From Botryllus schlosseri (Eukaryota), in assembly GCA_051294905.1 (NCBI GenBank), contig CM119371.1, positions 22,508,001 to 22,572,000 on the forward strand: 64,000 bases of DNA. The letters run 5' to 3'. The notes beneath the pieces were generated by a model. It was not told where the DNA came from, did not search any database, and saw nothing but the letters and a program-made list of their open reading frames with translations. Each line of letters opens with the position of its first letter. Within the stretch, counting starts at the first letter, position 1. The position numbers and the translations under genes were made by a program. Below, in pieces: positions 26,293 to 38,800 of the stretch.

Positions 26293-26499
26293 GTCTAGCA
26301 GCACTTGACGGCAATGCCCGTAACGAAAACTCCTACGAGTTCAATCGATTCGGTGCGAAGGCAGCGTGACATGTTGTTCATCATTTTCGACCAGCTCGTA
26401 CCGATGAATACTAATAAGCATACGTTAATATATTGGAAATAATACTAATACTAATACTAATACTAATAATAAGCGAAGACTACGACCGAACGGCTACAA

Positions 26500-27186
26500 A
26501 TGGCGAGCACGCAGCCTGATGCTGGATCCGGTATAGAGGTGCCGCTTGCAGTAAGAGACGGATGCGGTGGACTTGAAGCAAGACAGTTATTGAAGAGGAA
26601 AGAAGAAGTTGCACTTGCACGGTTTTTTAACAAGTTAGCAAAAGGGATGCTTGGGAAGGAAGCGCGACAAATTGTGAAGTTATTGGACACTCGTGCTGTT
26701 GGGGAAATGGATAACGTGGCCCGTGGTGGCTTGGAAGTGGAACATGTGTCGGTATGCTCGTCTGTTGGAAACTCTGTTGTTGATGTGACCTTGGAAGAGG
26801 AGGATTTTGAAGAACCGCATGTAGAGGAAATCGTTCATGATATGTTGGCATGTGAGAGTAAAATGGATTCGGTTTCTGAAGAGACTATTACTGCGCCGGT
26901 TGTTGAAGATATTGGATCAGGGATGGTAGTCATGGTACCATTGAAGTCGTGTGACAAGATGAATGATGATGTTCGTGGGGAAGAAAGAAGCGTGATGGAT
27001 GACTCTTTGATGGAAGGACATTTGGCTGCGGATTGTGGAGATCATGGTGCTCCGGTGGTTTCATCTATTGAAAACAAGAACTCGCTATGGGACTTGGTTG
27101 GTAGAGAAGTAAATGTATCGGATTGTAGTTGGGTTTTGTATGGAGTTGTTACTGTGTTAAGTCTTGGATTGGATTGGAAGTATTGA
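26500..27186 (+). CDS. Acidic 228-aa ORF of unknown function at the 5' end of the R4/Dong-like element
   Basis: Open ATG-to-stop frame starting 27 bp inside the element; no recognised domain. Confidence 0.45.
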   Translation: MASTQPDAGSGIEVPLAVRDGCGGLEARQLLKRKEEVALARFFNKLAKGMLGKEARQIVKLLDTRAVGEMDNVARGGLEVEHVSVCSSVGNSVVDVTLEEEDFEEPHVEEIVHDMLACESKMDSVSEETITAPVVEDIGSGMVVMVPLKSCDKMNDDVRGEERSVMDDSLMEGHLAADCGDHGAPVVSSIENKNSLWDLVGREVNVSDCSWVLYGVVTVLSLGLDWKY

Positions 27187-27339
27187 TGTGTTTATTGTGC
27201 CTGCCTTCGTTGTAATATATCCGTCGAATCTGCAATGTGTCTCTGGGTCCAGTCGAACCTGAAGTAACTTAGCCGCATTCAGTCACAGTACATCAACAAC
27301 AGCGATAACATTTACTGCAAACTCATTGCACAGGAAGAC

Positions 27340-28287
27340 AAACAGCGCAAAACAAAATCTCTGAGCTATCGTCACGACAAGTACGCCAGAGAAGTCAACT
27401 TGGAAACAGCTAACCTGTACACTGCAGAAAACACTGTTGCTAAACCCACAACAATAGCAAAAGCAGCACGAGTCCGATACAAAAATGCAACGCTGAAAAT
27501 GAGAGAAACGATATGGGAGTCGATGCCTCTTCATGGACAGCACAAGAAGTTAACTTCACAGCCCCATGTAGACGAGCTTTCATGGACCTGGCTATCCAGC
27601 TCTGGCCTGAAACCGGCAAGCGAAGGATTCATTTTCGCAGCACAAGACTAATCGCTTCCTACAAAATACTATCGCAAAAGAATTCTGAAGCAAAACACGG
27701 ACGGCAAATGCAGAATGTGCCACAACCAAAATGAAACTGTAGCACATCTCATGTCCGGCTGTGGTGCACTTGCAGCTACCGAATACACATGGAGACACAA
27801 TAGGATTGGTCACTACATTCATCTTGAATTATGCAAACATTTTAACATCACCACTTCGACAAAAAATTGGTACGATTACAGCCCCGCACCAGTGACAGAA
27901 AACGAACAAGTAAAAATTCTGTGGGATGTACCAGTTATAACTGACCGCGAAATCAGGAGCAACCGCCCGGATATAATCGTCAAACTAAAAAAGAAAAGAG
28001 AATGCTTATTCATTGAACTGGCTGTCCCAGCTGATCACAACCTACTGCAAAAAGAATCAGAAAAATACTCCAAATACGCAGACCTCAAAATGGAATGTGA
28101 GAAAATGTGGCGATGCAAAATAAACATTGTACCGATAGTCATTGGTGCTACAGGGGTCGTGAGCAAAAAACTCATGAGACATATCCAACAAATTCCGGGT
28201 AACGTTCGATTCGACATGATCCAAAAGATCACATTATTGGGCACTGTGCACATTCTTCGGAAGGCCTTGAATGCACCACTGGACTAA
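27340..28287 (+). pseudogene. Zinc knuckle + restriction-like endonuclease of R4/Dong ORF (one nonsense codon)
   Basis: PLHGQH...EGFIFAAQD*SLPTK...CRMCHNQNETVAHLMSGC...RHNRI...NRPDII...IELAVP...EKYSKY...PIVIGATG; stop at 27649-27651. Confidence 0.88.
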
Positions 28288-28838
28288 AATTACGCTTGTG
28301 AATCACAGCATAATTTCTGTAATTTCGATTCTTCATCTTCAATCATCTCTACCTCTGCTCTGTAACCCTTGCCAATTCTTCATCTGCTGCAATTCTGTAA
28401 TCTGACTTCTCCGTGTATTGCATAGGAATAACAATTTGAATGTATTACTGAAATTTTAAAAATTTACTCCAATCTCGCCATTTTCCTTTGGGGGCAGGTT
28501 GCTCCCCGGATTATGTGTGTATCTACCAGTTTTACTGTGAATAAAGAATATAATACTAATACTAATAATAATCTTGAGTAGCCATGACGCTCCGTGCCGC
28601 TGTCTTGAAATCTGACCCCAGACAGCTCGGCGTATACTAGAAGAGATGTAAACCATAATACAGGCTACTCTAACGTGTATGTAACGCTCGGCGAAACTTG
28701 AACCGATACTTACCATTGTGGAACTTTACTCAAGTCGATATTGGAGTTCCTGAATGTTATTGATCGTGTTATCTGGCTGCGTTCAAGTATAATTAATACC
28801 ACTGTCATCCATGTCGATGGGATAACCTACCGCGCTGC

Positions 28839-28910
28839 GCTGTGATCGTATAGTGGTTAGTGCATCGGGTTGTGGCCGTGATAACCCGGGTTTGAACCCT
28901 GGTCATAACA
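28839..28910 (+). tRNA. tRNA-His(GTG)-like gene, probably a pseudogene
   Basis: GCTGTGATCGTATAGTGGTTAGT...GTTGTGGCC...; acceptor-stem mismatch and T-loop TTTGAAC instead of TTCGAA. Confidence 0.75.
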
Positions 28911-29359
28911 CTGTCTTGCGACCTCTACTTGATCCTGACGCCGTGACGATAGCCATTACGGACTAAACAAACAGAGTCTATGATGCGTCATTGATACTTC
29001 ATATCAGTTTTCTCTCATCTATTGTGTGTCTGAGCCGTAGTAAACAGTAATGAAAAGTAATTATGAACGGTGGCGCTCGTTCATTCATCATTGCCCATAA
29101 CAAGGTGCTAATTACATGATTGCTTTGCAGTCAGAAGGGGATATGATTCGTATTTTAAAGAATTTGGAACACGGATCCAGTGGTACCCATGGCGGGTATA
29201 CTACACTAGAGCCACAAGTCTCGTTGAGTGTAGGCCTATATATAAAAAATATGTTGGCTTTGATATTGTGGTATCTGCTTGGCTAATAAATCTAATATGG
29301 GATTAAAGCGTAATTATGACCACTCGCACACGAGTCGATGGCATGTTCCATCGTTTTAC

Positions 29360-30295
29360 GCTGTGATCGTATAGCGCAGGGGTGGCCAACCTGTTTGCTA
29401 TTCGCGGCCGCATTTGGATTACTCATGTAGACTACGGCCGCATTCCAGGGCATATGTAGTCGTAATGAACTAACTGGAGGCCAAATGCATATGTTAAACT
29501 GTCCAGTATCCATGTCCATTTCCATGGGTTTTGGACTGATTTATTTATAGTCAGATCGCCATACAATACGCACCTAAATCGCGAGGGTTGTTATGGATAA
29601 TTGTGGGATACGTTCGGGTCGCGCCAGGCGCGAAACTTTTGCAGAATCATGGATGATTTCGTCATTAGTATTAGCAGTTTTGCATATTCCTGTCCAGCAT
29701 TTCTTTTTTCTCAGATCATGTGATCAGCTCACCGGTAGAGTTGATGGAGGGGGTGTTTTCGAAAATTTGAGGCAAGTTATAATGATGATGGATTTTCGGG
29801 CGGGTTAATTGTTGTTACTCACTTTGTTGCTTGCTGTTGTTTCTTGGCATCCTATCAAGATCGTCAGTATATGGTGGAAAGATATTGAAATCGCCCAAAC
29901 ACCAGAAACAAATTTTTTTCGTGAGTAACACACGATTCAAAGTTGGTATTTCTATATAGGGAGCATCATTTTCCTCTACTATTCACATTTGTACTGGGGG
30001 CTTAGATTGCAACGGGCGCTATACCTACTATATTGAAATCGAAAAATGAAGTCACGTTGAATCGCGTCCATGCAGCACGGAGAAAATTTCAATATCATTA
30101 TAAATCTCTCAAAATTCTGGGATCAATTCGTAAATTCAATTTGTATGTCGACGGCCGCCATCACATACTTATTGAATTACGTGTTCATAGCCACATAAAT
30201 TCCCTTCTACGCCCGCAGGTTGGCCACCCCTGGTATATTGGATAGTACCTCGCGTTGTAGCAGCGGTAACCCAGGTTCGAATCCTGGCCACAGCA
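29360..30295 (+). pseudogene. tRNA-His gene split by a hAT MITE
   Basis: GCTGTGATCGTATAGCG (29360-29376) resumes at 30233 GTATATTGGATAGTACCTCGCGTTGTAGCAGCGGTAACCCAGGTTCGAATCCTGGCCACAGCA. Confidence 0.8.
29377..30232. mobile_element. hAT MITE
   Basis: 17-bp TIR CAGGGGTGGCCAACCTG; decayed TSD GTATAGCG/GTATATTG. Confidence 0.85.
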
Positions 30296-30660
30296 TATTT
30301 TAGATTTAGATTATTCGTTAAATTGTGGATCGAGGCTTTGGGTAATCTAACGTATTGATATATTGCAAACATCCTTCAGTCGGACAGAGTATACGCATAA
30401 GTATAATGCATTTTCAATAAATTGAATTTACGGTTCTGCGTATTTTATCCGATGAATATTAATACCATATGTTGCGTGTCAATTGAGAATGAAGGCCCAG
30501 CTTAGCTTATTATGGCACATATAGCAATTGTTCATTGTTATTGTCCTCCTCTCCCCCCCTCCGCGAGAAATCGACGATATTTCTGGAAGAAGCTATATAT
30601 GGTTGTCGGCTATACTGCATTTTACTGACTTATTTTACTGACTTTTTGCGTTCGTATGTT

Positions 30661-30760
30661 CCTTAGGGTCGAATGACCCAAAGCTGCTGTTCACATGGAA
30701 CCGTTCTTCACTTGGACCTTCAAGTATCTTATTTGGATATCTGCTACTGCCACCAAGGGA
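30661..30760 (-). pseudogene. Degenerate 28S rRNA fragment
   Basis: CTTAGGGTCGAATGACCCA..CTGCTGTTCACATGGAACC..CTGCTACTGCCACCAAG matches, from memory, the antisense of a conserved LSU rRNA segment. Confidence 0.75.
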
Positions 30761-31568
30761 CACTTATCTGGCTCTTACGGGCGACCTGGTGTCCGTGGGT
30801 ATCGTGTTGCTGACTTCTGGTCTGAGAGATTCCCCCAACCCATCTTTCTTCTGTTGGTAATTTCATAACTGACCTTTGCACATCGGATACATATTCTGAT
30901 CCGCGCAAGCGGTGTAATAAAAAGCCTAGAAGTGAATCTTGATACAAGCGGCATATCCGGAATTATAACAAAGATTATGGGACTGGTGTAAAATGACCAA
31001 TGTAGTCAAGACGCCACCAATACCAAAAAAATGTCTGATTTAGAAACACATAAACCACTTCCGAAACCAACTATAAGTTCGGTATTACGCTATTTACGAA
31101 CGATCCGAAATAGCTAGCGATTTAAACAAGGCTCAACTATATATTTCTTATTTCATATGTAATATCCGATCGAAGTTGCACAAGTACAGTTTCGAAATTG
31201 CAAAGCATCATTACGACGATCGGACAATAAATCATGCTGCTCTAACTTAATGTAAATTTAGACAATAAATTTGCACTTACCGTTTTCAAGCAGTCGTGAT
31301 GATAAATTTACTCATACACGCGACGAGAACGAATTTCTACATTAAAAAATTCAAAGTATTAAACGTACGTAGGATTGTCTGAAACTGTTACCTAGAAGCG
31401 GAAGTATAAGCAAACAAAATAACAACCCGAGTAAATGGAGGACTTGGCATAACCTACTTGCGTACTCCGGAATAGTAAATGCTCTTCGATACTGGCCACC
31501 TCTATAATATTCAGCGGATCATACGCCTCTGAGGCGGCACAAGACAGTCACTGGCTGTTAAGTACCAT

Positions 31569-31603
31569 CATGGCCTACTAAATACATATATTAGTAGGCC
31601 ATG
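31569..31603. mobile_element. 35-bp P-element-type remnant / excision footprint
   Basis: GTACCAT|CATGGCCTACTAA-ATACATATA-TTAGTAGGCCATG|GTACCAT: 13-bp IR and 7-bp TSD. Confidence 0.7.
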
Positions 31604-31683
31604 GTACCATATATAAATTGTTTCTCGCACAGTCTTCAAACACGTATATCACAGTTACAGAGGAATTTCACGGAACGGAAAGA

Positions 31684-34600
31684 TCAAAATATCAACGGTT
31701 TGCTGAAACCAAATAGCTCGAAATCGAGTCGATAACTTTTGTATATGTTTTCGATGGTTTGATCAGGAACTGAGGCTAAATAGCCGTACAGCTTCTCCTG
31801 GTCCGTTTGATTAGATGGCGCGTAATTAGCAGGAAAGGTAATGTTCTTCATGCCCACAAGCTTCATAAACGCAGCCATGTCCTCGTTGATGGTTTCTACG
31901 TGCGCAATAAAGTCATATCGTATCGTGCACGGTAGACACAGATCATGATATAAATGCCAGTGACGCTCCCCGTACCTATCCAAGGCTGCGAACCTCAGAA
32001 AGTCATCGAATGTCGCTAATTTATTACTCATGCCGTCGGCAGATATATTCTTGTGAATCTTCCGTGAAATACCCGCGAAATATTTGTTCCATTGATCGCC
32101 TTTCTCGAGTTTGTCCCTGTAGGCGGATAAAAGTCTGTAAAGCGGGTCGCGGACGATTATTAATCTTTTGTAAGCTTCCAGTCTTTTAGTGATTTCTGTT
32201 GCGTTCCGCAGCTGCCTCAAATTCAATTTGTCCTTGGTCAATTCGTGAGCGAGTAGTTCTGACTTGATTTCTGTCGCGTTAGTAGTATTTACCAATTTTT
32301 CGACTGTAAGAAGAATTTTCTTCATACTTGAACTGGCGCACTTCGGAATCTCGCAGAGAATGAACTGTACACAGAACGACCCGTTAGTACTCGGCCCGCA
32401 ATAGAGATGCCATATAGGTATTGAGTGAGACAAGAAACATATGAGTCATATATGTTATCACCGATGAGAGTATTGGAACACTATGCTCGATATACGTCCT
32501 TCACTTGCAACAAAACAGTTCATGTGTCGTTGTTACCGTTTACGATACAAAAATACGTTCTTATCAGCTGACTTTCTCACCACGTTCAATAATGGCGTAT
32601 ACACAAAATGACTAAGCTGGAAATGACATGCCAGCACAATGTGTTTATATCTAATCTACAGCAAAATTCCTTTGCTCTTAACCCGGGCTCGTCGAAGCCC
32701 CGTGGTTTGCGGAGTCCATTTCAAGGGTTCGGTGATTGAGCAAATCTAACACTATAGCCTATGTACTTCGCAATCGGTAGCAGCAATAGTCAGATAAACG
32801 GCGTGCTATAAAGAAAAACCCTTCTTCAGGTGTCATTGTCGATCAGTGTAAAATTAAACAACGTGAATTTGAGTACGAAAAAGACAAATTGTTTCCAGCA
32901 TATTTGCCGATCCATAAAAATGAAGTGTTGATATTGATCTGCCAACTCCGTCTACTATCGTGACTGACGACTTAAGATATCAACTCATCTCACATTAGAA
33001 CTCTATGTAAAATTCGTATTGATAGGTTTCCTAATGTAATGTGTCAGTTTTACATAGACCTGGGCAAAGTGCGGCCTGCGAAAGGTCACCTGGAATTCAG
33101 AACATATATACTTTTCAATGTTGAGCCATGGACTATGATGATAGGCTGCTGTGTAAACTGAACTGGACATTCGTTCACCGAAGCCGGTTTGTCTATATGT
33201 TCCCCAAATACGTACCATACGTACGTCATACGAGTAATCCCGATTCAAAATATCTCCAATGTAGCAAAGTGCGCCTGAACAATAAAAGTCACAAAATGTC
33301 ACTGTTTCCATATAGTTTCGTTCAAACTTTCTTTGTTGCCATTGTCACATTTACACACTCCGTGCTTCAACGTTTTACGTTTGTTTGTTTTTGTGGTACT
33401 CATTAAGTGTTTGTTGACAACTGGTCATTTGCACCAGGTCATTTTTATTCCGTAGCTGCCGACTTGTAGCACGGGCCAACTTCTAGGCTTTATAAGACAC
33501 CGCTTGCACATTTCAGATGGCGAGGATATCCTAGATAAACCTCCAACTCTTAGGCAGGAGTTCTGTAGTGATGTTGCAGATTTTGATTATTAAAACAAAT
33601 CAATCAGTGATCGTGACTAAACGATGTACGGGGCACGGATGGGCATGCCAAAAAAAGAAAAGGCGAGGGGCGGCGACCGAGACTCCAAGAATATTCGAAG
33701 CACTAAACAATTGTTTACTAGAGTCAGAGGTCAACTCGTTCTTTTAGTTTGTAACAAGCAGGTCTTCGCGTAGTATAATTTAAGTTGGTATTATGGCAAA
33801 CAACACGAAGACAGACACTTGGCAAATGGAAGGCTAATTTCAGAAGCATTTCTAGTTTCTATCAACATCAAAGCAATTTCACCAAGCTGCACACTGCTTT
33901 AGAAGAAGCGAATAAGACAAGCGAATGCTTGCAGTATCTAATTTACGATTTTATGTCTTAATACAAAAACGCGTCAGTTGGTTAAAAAAAGTTCCCATTG
34001 TTTTCAATTGCACACAATCCAATCAATACGCTGAAGACTTTTGTTGAAATTTTTGACTCGTCCCGTCAACGTATTTTCTGCTTATCATTTGGCCCGCGGG
34101 GAAAAATAATTGCCCACTTCTATAGTCTTACACGCAGCCCTCGAATTTAAGTTTATTTACCTATTCTACTACTTGGGTCGCGAAATATCGGAATATCAAA
34201 TCAAATTTTACCATCCCTATTGGTACTCGCCTTGTGAGTATCCGAGTATAGCAGTGTCACTTCGCGATGCAATCTTGTGACGTTAAAATCATCGCTGATG
34301 TCTCCCAAATCGTGACGCTTGCATTCTTTTCGGAGCAACGACAGCCGCCTGTTTTGCACGTATTCTGAAGTCTGCTGCATCTCTACCTGTTTGGAATGGA
34401 ACATATTTTGGTTCAAACCAGCGAAATCCACACGCCTGGGGTCGGCAGCCATTTTAAACGATAGGATCGTTACCAAGAATTGAATGGTATAGCGTTAGAT
34501 AATGTCGTTGAATTTATAATATCATAAGGACAATATACATAGCCTTGTAGCTGGTATCTATAGTTCTATAGAGTCATACATGTATGCCTGTGTATGTCTA

Positions 34601-37600
34601 TATTTGAACGTTTTCATTGATGAACTTAATGCGTACGTTGAATCCGTAGAATTAATGTAAATGGACAATTGGACATGGGCATCTCCAGGCATAAACCATA
34701 GTTATATGATTCGAATTCCCTGTAGTAACACCTATAAACGCATATACCAAATTATATGATGTTTTCCTGCTATTCACTAGTCTCGTGGCTTATTAATAAT
34801 GCCAATGACTAAAATATACCGCTACAATCAAGTAAAATAAGTCATTCAGGAACTGGGTACAACATCGTGTAGTAAAATCCAATGAGTGGTACGCGAGCGG
34901 GTCAAGTTCAAGAATCACCGCCCGGACAAAATCACACATCAAACCGCAACTTTGGTGTTGTTATTGTGTAGTGTCGCATGCTTATATCTCAACAGGCCAA
35001 GATCTGAAGATCATGCACAAAATTACGCAAAAATTCCAATAACTGAACTGCATTAAGCCATAAACGTGGCAAGGATTGAAATGCCGTATCGAATTATTTT
35101 CAGCAATCGATTGACCTCGCTATGCATGTGAGAATGTGGATTCTGTTCCCCGCGGAAAGTAGCTGATTGAGACATTTGTAAGTATAGAGTCACTGGTGGA
35201 CTGGTGGTAGAGTCACTGTATGACGATATCAAAAATTCGCTATTCGCTTGTAACAGTGGGTAAGCCTTCATTGTTATTTTATTCAGAGTCAAGAATCAAA
35301 CAATCAGAGCACTTATTGACTGTCGAAATTTTTTTGAATCGTGGAAAGTACAGTAAAATCTCGCACTTTGATCTGTGTGCCTTGGAGTCGATCTTTAATA
35401 AAATATTTCAGCCCAAGCTTTGTCAACAAAAGCAGCTCGTGCACCATCTTAAAATAGAACATTGGACGCTCTCTTGTTTGAGATCTCATTGCATGCTGGT
35501 GACATTATATTTCGAGATGCGATTGTTGATATACAATGTTCTTTCCAATTCTCTAATAGTTGCTGACGATTACGCCTGACGAGTGTCAGCCGAAAATATT
35601 CGGTTCATTTCAATATGAATATAACATTCAATTGTATATAAAATTAACATGTTTTGCGAAAAAGCAGTTATAATTTCGCTAAATAGTACGGAATGTATTC
35701 TGTTCGATGGTGATGAGATGAAAACAATCCTAAACCGCAGAACAATACGTGATTTTTATTCGAATCTCTTGAGTTACAAGTAAATGGCGCGATCAGTCCA
35801 TATCGCCGTGTAATATCATCGAAGTACATTGCGATGGAGCAAGGGAGACACACTTCATTGCAATTCTCCATTCTATTGAATGTCGAATCGCAATTAGTTA
35901 CTTACCGACGTATTTTCCATCCATCTGTGATCAAGTTTCTCCGTGTTTTTATTTTTCCGTCTCGTACCATGTTCGATTATCCGCTTCTTCAAATATATCA
36001 TAATTATTGGGTGGCGGTGTAAAGTTAGATCCCGAAGGACCAAAAGAGGTATTTGTTATCATGGATCAGATGATTCCTATATGTCAATATTGTGACATGC
36101 GTTTCGAATACGGAAATTTGACATCTGATATATAAAATTTTCACTGGAACATGAGGGTATGTTGACTTGTGAATGATGAGCGGTACATACTCTGCTTGCT
36201 TCAGAATTCGATACAATCACATACCCTGCCGCCCATTACGTATGGTAATAGGCCAGTGATTCTTGACTTTTTTGTCTTCGCGGACCCATTTTGCACCGTC
36301 ACGGACCCCGCGGACCCCCCGTAGTTTCAGTTCATATTTAGCTCAATTATCGTGCAGTCGTGATCTATCTTGTGCAAATGTTATCTGTAGGCTATAGTGA
36401 TAAACAATAACAAAATACCCTTTCTTGAAAATAACATCATACTAATTATGTAGAGATTTATAATTTCAAAGTGCATTTTCCAACTTCATTTCTTGAAAAA
36501 CGTGGTCGTGTCTTGAATATCCGCGCCTTCGATTTGATAGGAACGAGCGCCGAAATTTCATTTCAACAAATATTGGTTTTCTTGTTTGTCGTATTCATGG
36601 TGATGGTCGACTACTATGGTCATTTACACCAGGCCAATTTTCCTTATTCTTATTTCGTGGCTACCGACTTGTAGCACTGCCCACTTCTAGGTCTTTATAA
36701 GACACCGATTACGCGGATATTATAAGACACCGCTTACACGCGGATGATATGGTCAGAGGAGCCAACGCTTACTAACGAATTCTTCCAACACATACTATGG
36801 AATTCAGGAGTCGACCTCGGTCTGATTCGAACCCACCAACCATTGGTGTTGCAGCTATTGATTAAACCACTACGCTATCTCGCCACCAAATGCAGGTCTT
36901 GGCCAATGTATTAATAACGCGCAACGCTTCCGAGGACACATTTGGGTATGATTGCAACAAATATGGCACCAAAATGGACAGACAATTTGTAACGAACATG
37001 TATCGTCAAGTTTGGTGATTTCTATCAAGCAGCTCATCTTGAAGTTGTCATGAAAAAGTGGTTGTGTATATCACAGGAGAAAATGGATTTTGATAAACAT
37101 TTCGAAGTCACCGGGATTGACGTTACTCACCCAACAAAATATCTCTAAACAACAAAACATACGTATCATTAGGCTATTGATAATTAAGCAATTAAAATGA
37201 GAGTCTGCACAGTGGGATATTTCATTTCAGACGGCCATTCCGTTAATGCGAGTTCTGGAGTGTTACCAGTAATGAAGCGGAATAGCCTGGCGATTTTTCC
37301 AATTAAAAAATACAAATTAGGTTATCAACTATTTTGTAAGTTTAGAGGCTTCGAGGACCCCCTGAAAATGTTTCGCGGACCCCCGGTTGAGAACCACTGT
37401 CATAGGCTATTTAGTGGACTTCTGTCCAATCTATTGTGCGTAATAGCGGTGGACTCGTGGGTTGGAAATGCACAACCTTATGTGTCTGTTTCCATGAGAA
37501 ATAAGGCCACTATATATTCATTTTAGGTGTTGCCAGTGGTCTCGGAGATTATATGATATCGATGTAAGTGAAAGCTGGTCATTTAACACCCAAGGGGATT

Positions 37601-38313
37601 AGGTCTTGCAGTGTAATACAGCAGTGAATATAAACTAGCTAATTTCGTATAAGCACTATGAGTTGAGTCATGCAGTGGAAAGCGAATGAGAGGCAAACGC
37701 TTTGGGAATCTTTCTCAGTAATTGCTTGACTGTGAGATCCCAGTGTACCTACGACTTTTGCATAATTTGACACTTTATTTCTTATAATATATTTGATAAT
37801 TTTGTTTAGTACTGAGCAGCTGATATACGATATTAAGGTAACTTTCTTTAATATGCGCGCGGGGTCATGCTTCACAAGAGGGTACAGGATCGTTAGTTAT
37901 TAGTACTTACCTATTCTGTGATCCGGTAGGATCTGCATTATATACATCAGAATCACCTAGAGGCAAATTGTGCAAAGCGAAACTGTAGCCTACTACGCGA
38001 TCTTTACAAGCACATCTGTTTAAGTAGGGCGTCATTGTGAAAGACAGTATTGTAAATTACGTTGTATGACGTTAGTCTACTGATAAGTCATATCTCCCTG
38101 ATTAAAGAAATAGCCGGTTAAGGCTTGTAACAATAGCTAGCATATAGAGATCATCCAGCCGTACATATATTATGCAAATAGAGACATACGATAACGATGT
38201 ACCACTTTATGGCTACATATACTTACTGAATATCTGCTGTATATAAGCATTGAAGTTCCACTAAATGCGATTAACAGGAGGAGCGCATGTCTATAACTAG
38301 ACATGTTCCACAT
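31684..38313 (-). CDS. Carbohydrate sulfotransferase (Sulfotransfer_2; CHST8-14-like), paralog A, ~334 aa
   Basis: Exons 38313-38227 (TM anchor; alternative ATGs 38322/38304), 35986-35906, 34386-34231, 32364-31684, all phase 0. Motifs IPKCASSSMKK (5'-PSB), VRDPLYRLLSAYRDK (3'-PB), HW..Y..LCLPC.IRYDFI; same structure as paralog B. Confidence 0.88.
35365..35640 (+). mobile_element. Penelope-like 3' fragment
   Basis: HFDLCALESIFNKIFQPKLCQQKQLVHHLKI plus 3' tail matching 56275-56545. Confidence 0.75.
36254..37399. mobile_element. hAT MITE containing a SINE (36575-36885)
   Basis: TIR CAGTG(A/G)TTCT../GAGAACCACTG; TSD TAATAGGC/TCATAGGC; same family as 106-670. Confidence 0.8.
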
Positions 38314-38800
38314 TGCGCTCATATCGTAAGCATTAAAATCATCAAACTCTTTATAAATCTGCAATACGGACACTCAATTCTTCTTCTGGGTGAATTAACT
38401 AATGGATAACGGTCCCCGGCGAGGAGATACCAATGGTGTAGTAACAAAGAGGTTCGAATTTCCATTGTCCGTGGGCTATTGACAGATGGCGCGAAAAATC
38501 CAACATTTACTCACTGTTATTGTGACTGGGAACGGTCACAGATGACTTGAATTGAGGTATCATCTCGATTCCTTTGATACCCATGCTTTTATCCACCCTG
38601 ATTTGGTATGAAAATCAATGCTTTTATATTGCTTCGTTTCGGATGATACCATAAAGGTTGGCGAAGGGTGATAAAGTAGTGTGGTCTAAGCCCTGACATT
38701 ACTCAGATTTGTTAAGTCATTTTGATTTATGATGAGACCGGAAATTAAGCCTTCCTTACCGTAGCACAAACGGTGACTACGTAATGAAGACGGTATATGG

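Larger units (their letters stand above)
26473..28550 (+). mobile_element. R4/Dong-like RLE non-LTR retrotransposon, internally deleted (no RT)
   Basis: Flanked by 21-bp duplication TAATACTAATACTAATAATAA (26452-26472, 28551-28571); encodes the RLE C-terminus; AATAAA near the 3' end. Confidence 0.85.

Noticed and set aside
26305..26420. HDV-like ribozyme upstream of the R4/Dong element
   Set aside because: An L3-like TCCTACG and a long stem are present, but P1/P2 pairings could not be built and it lies outside the TSD.
31684..32433. Single-exon ORF starts for the sulfotransferases (32433, 46930)
   Set aside because: The N-terminal extensions are intronic; homology between paralogs starts exactly at the CAG|TTCATT acceptor.
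37911..37956. Additional exon of sulfotransferase A
   Set aside because: Good splice signals, but 46 nt would shift the frame between phase-0 exons and there is no counterpart in paralog B; at most a poison or alternative exon.
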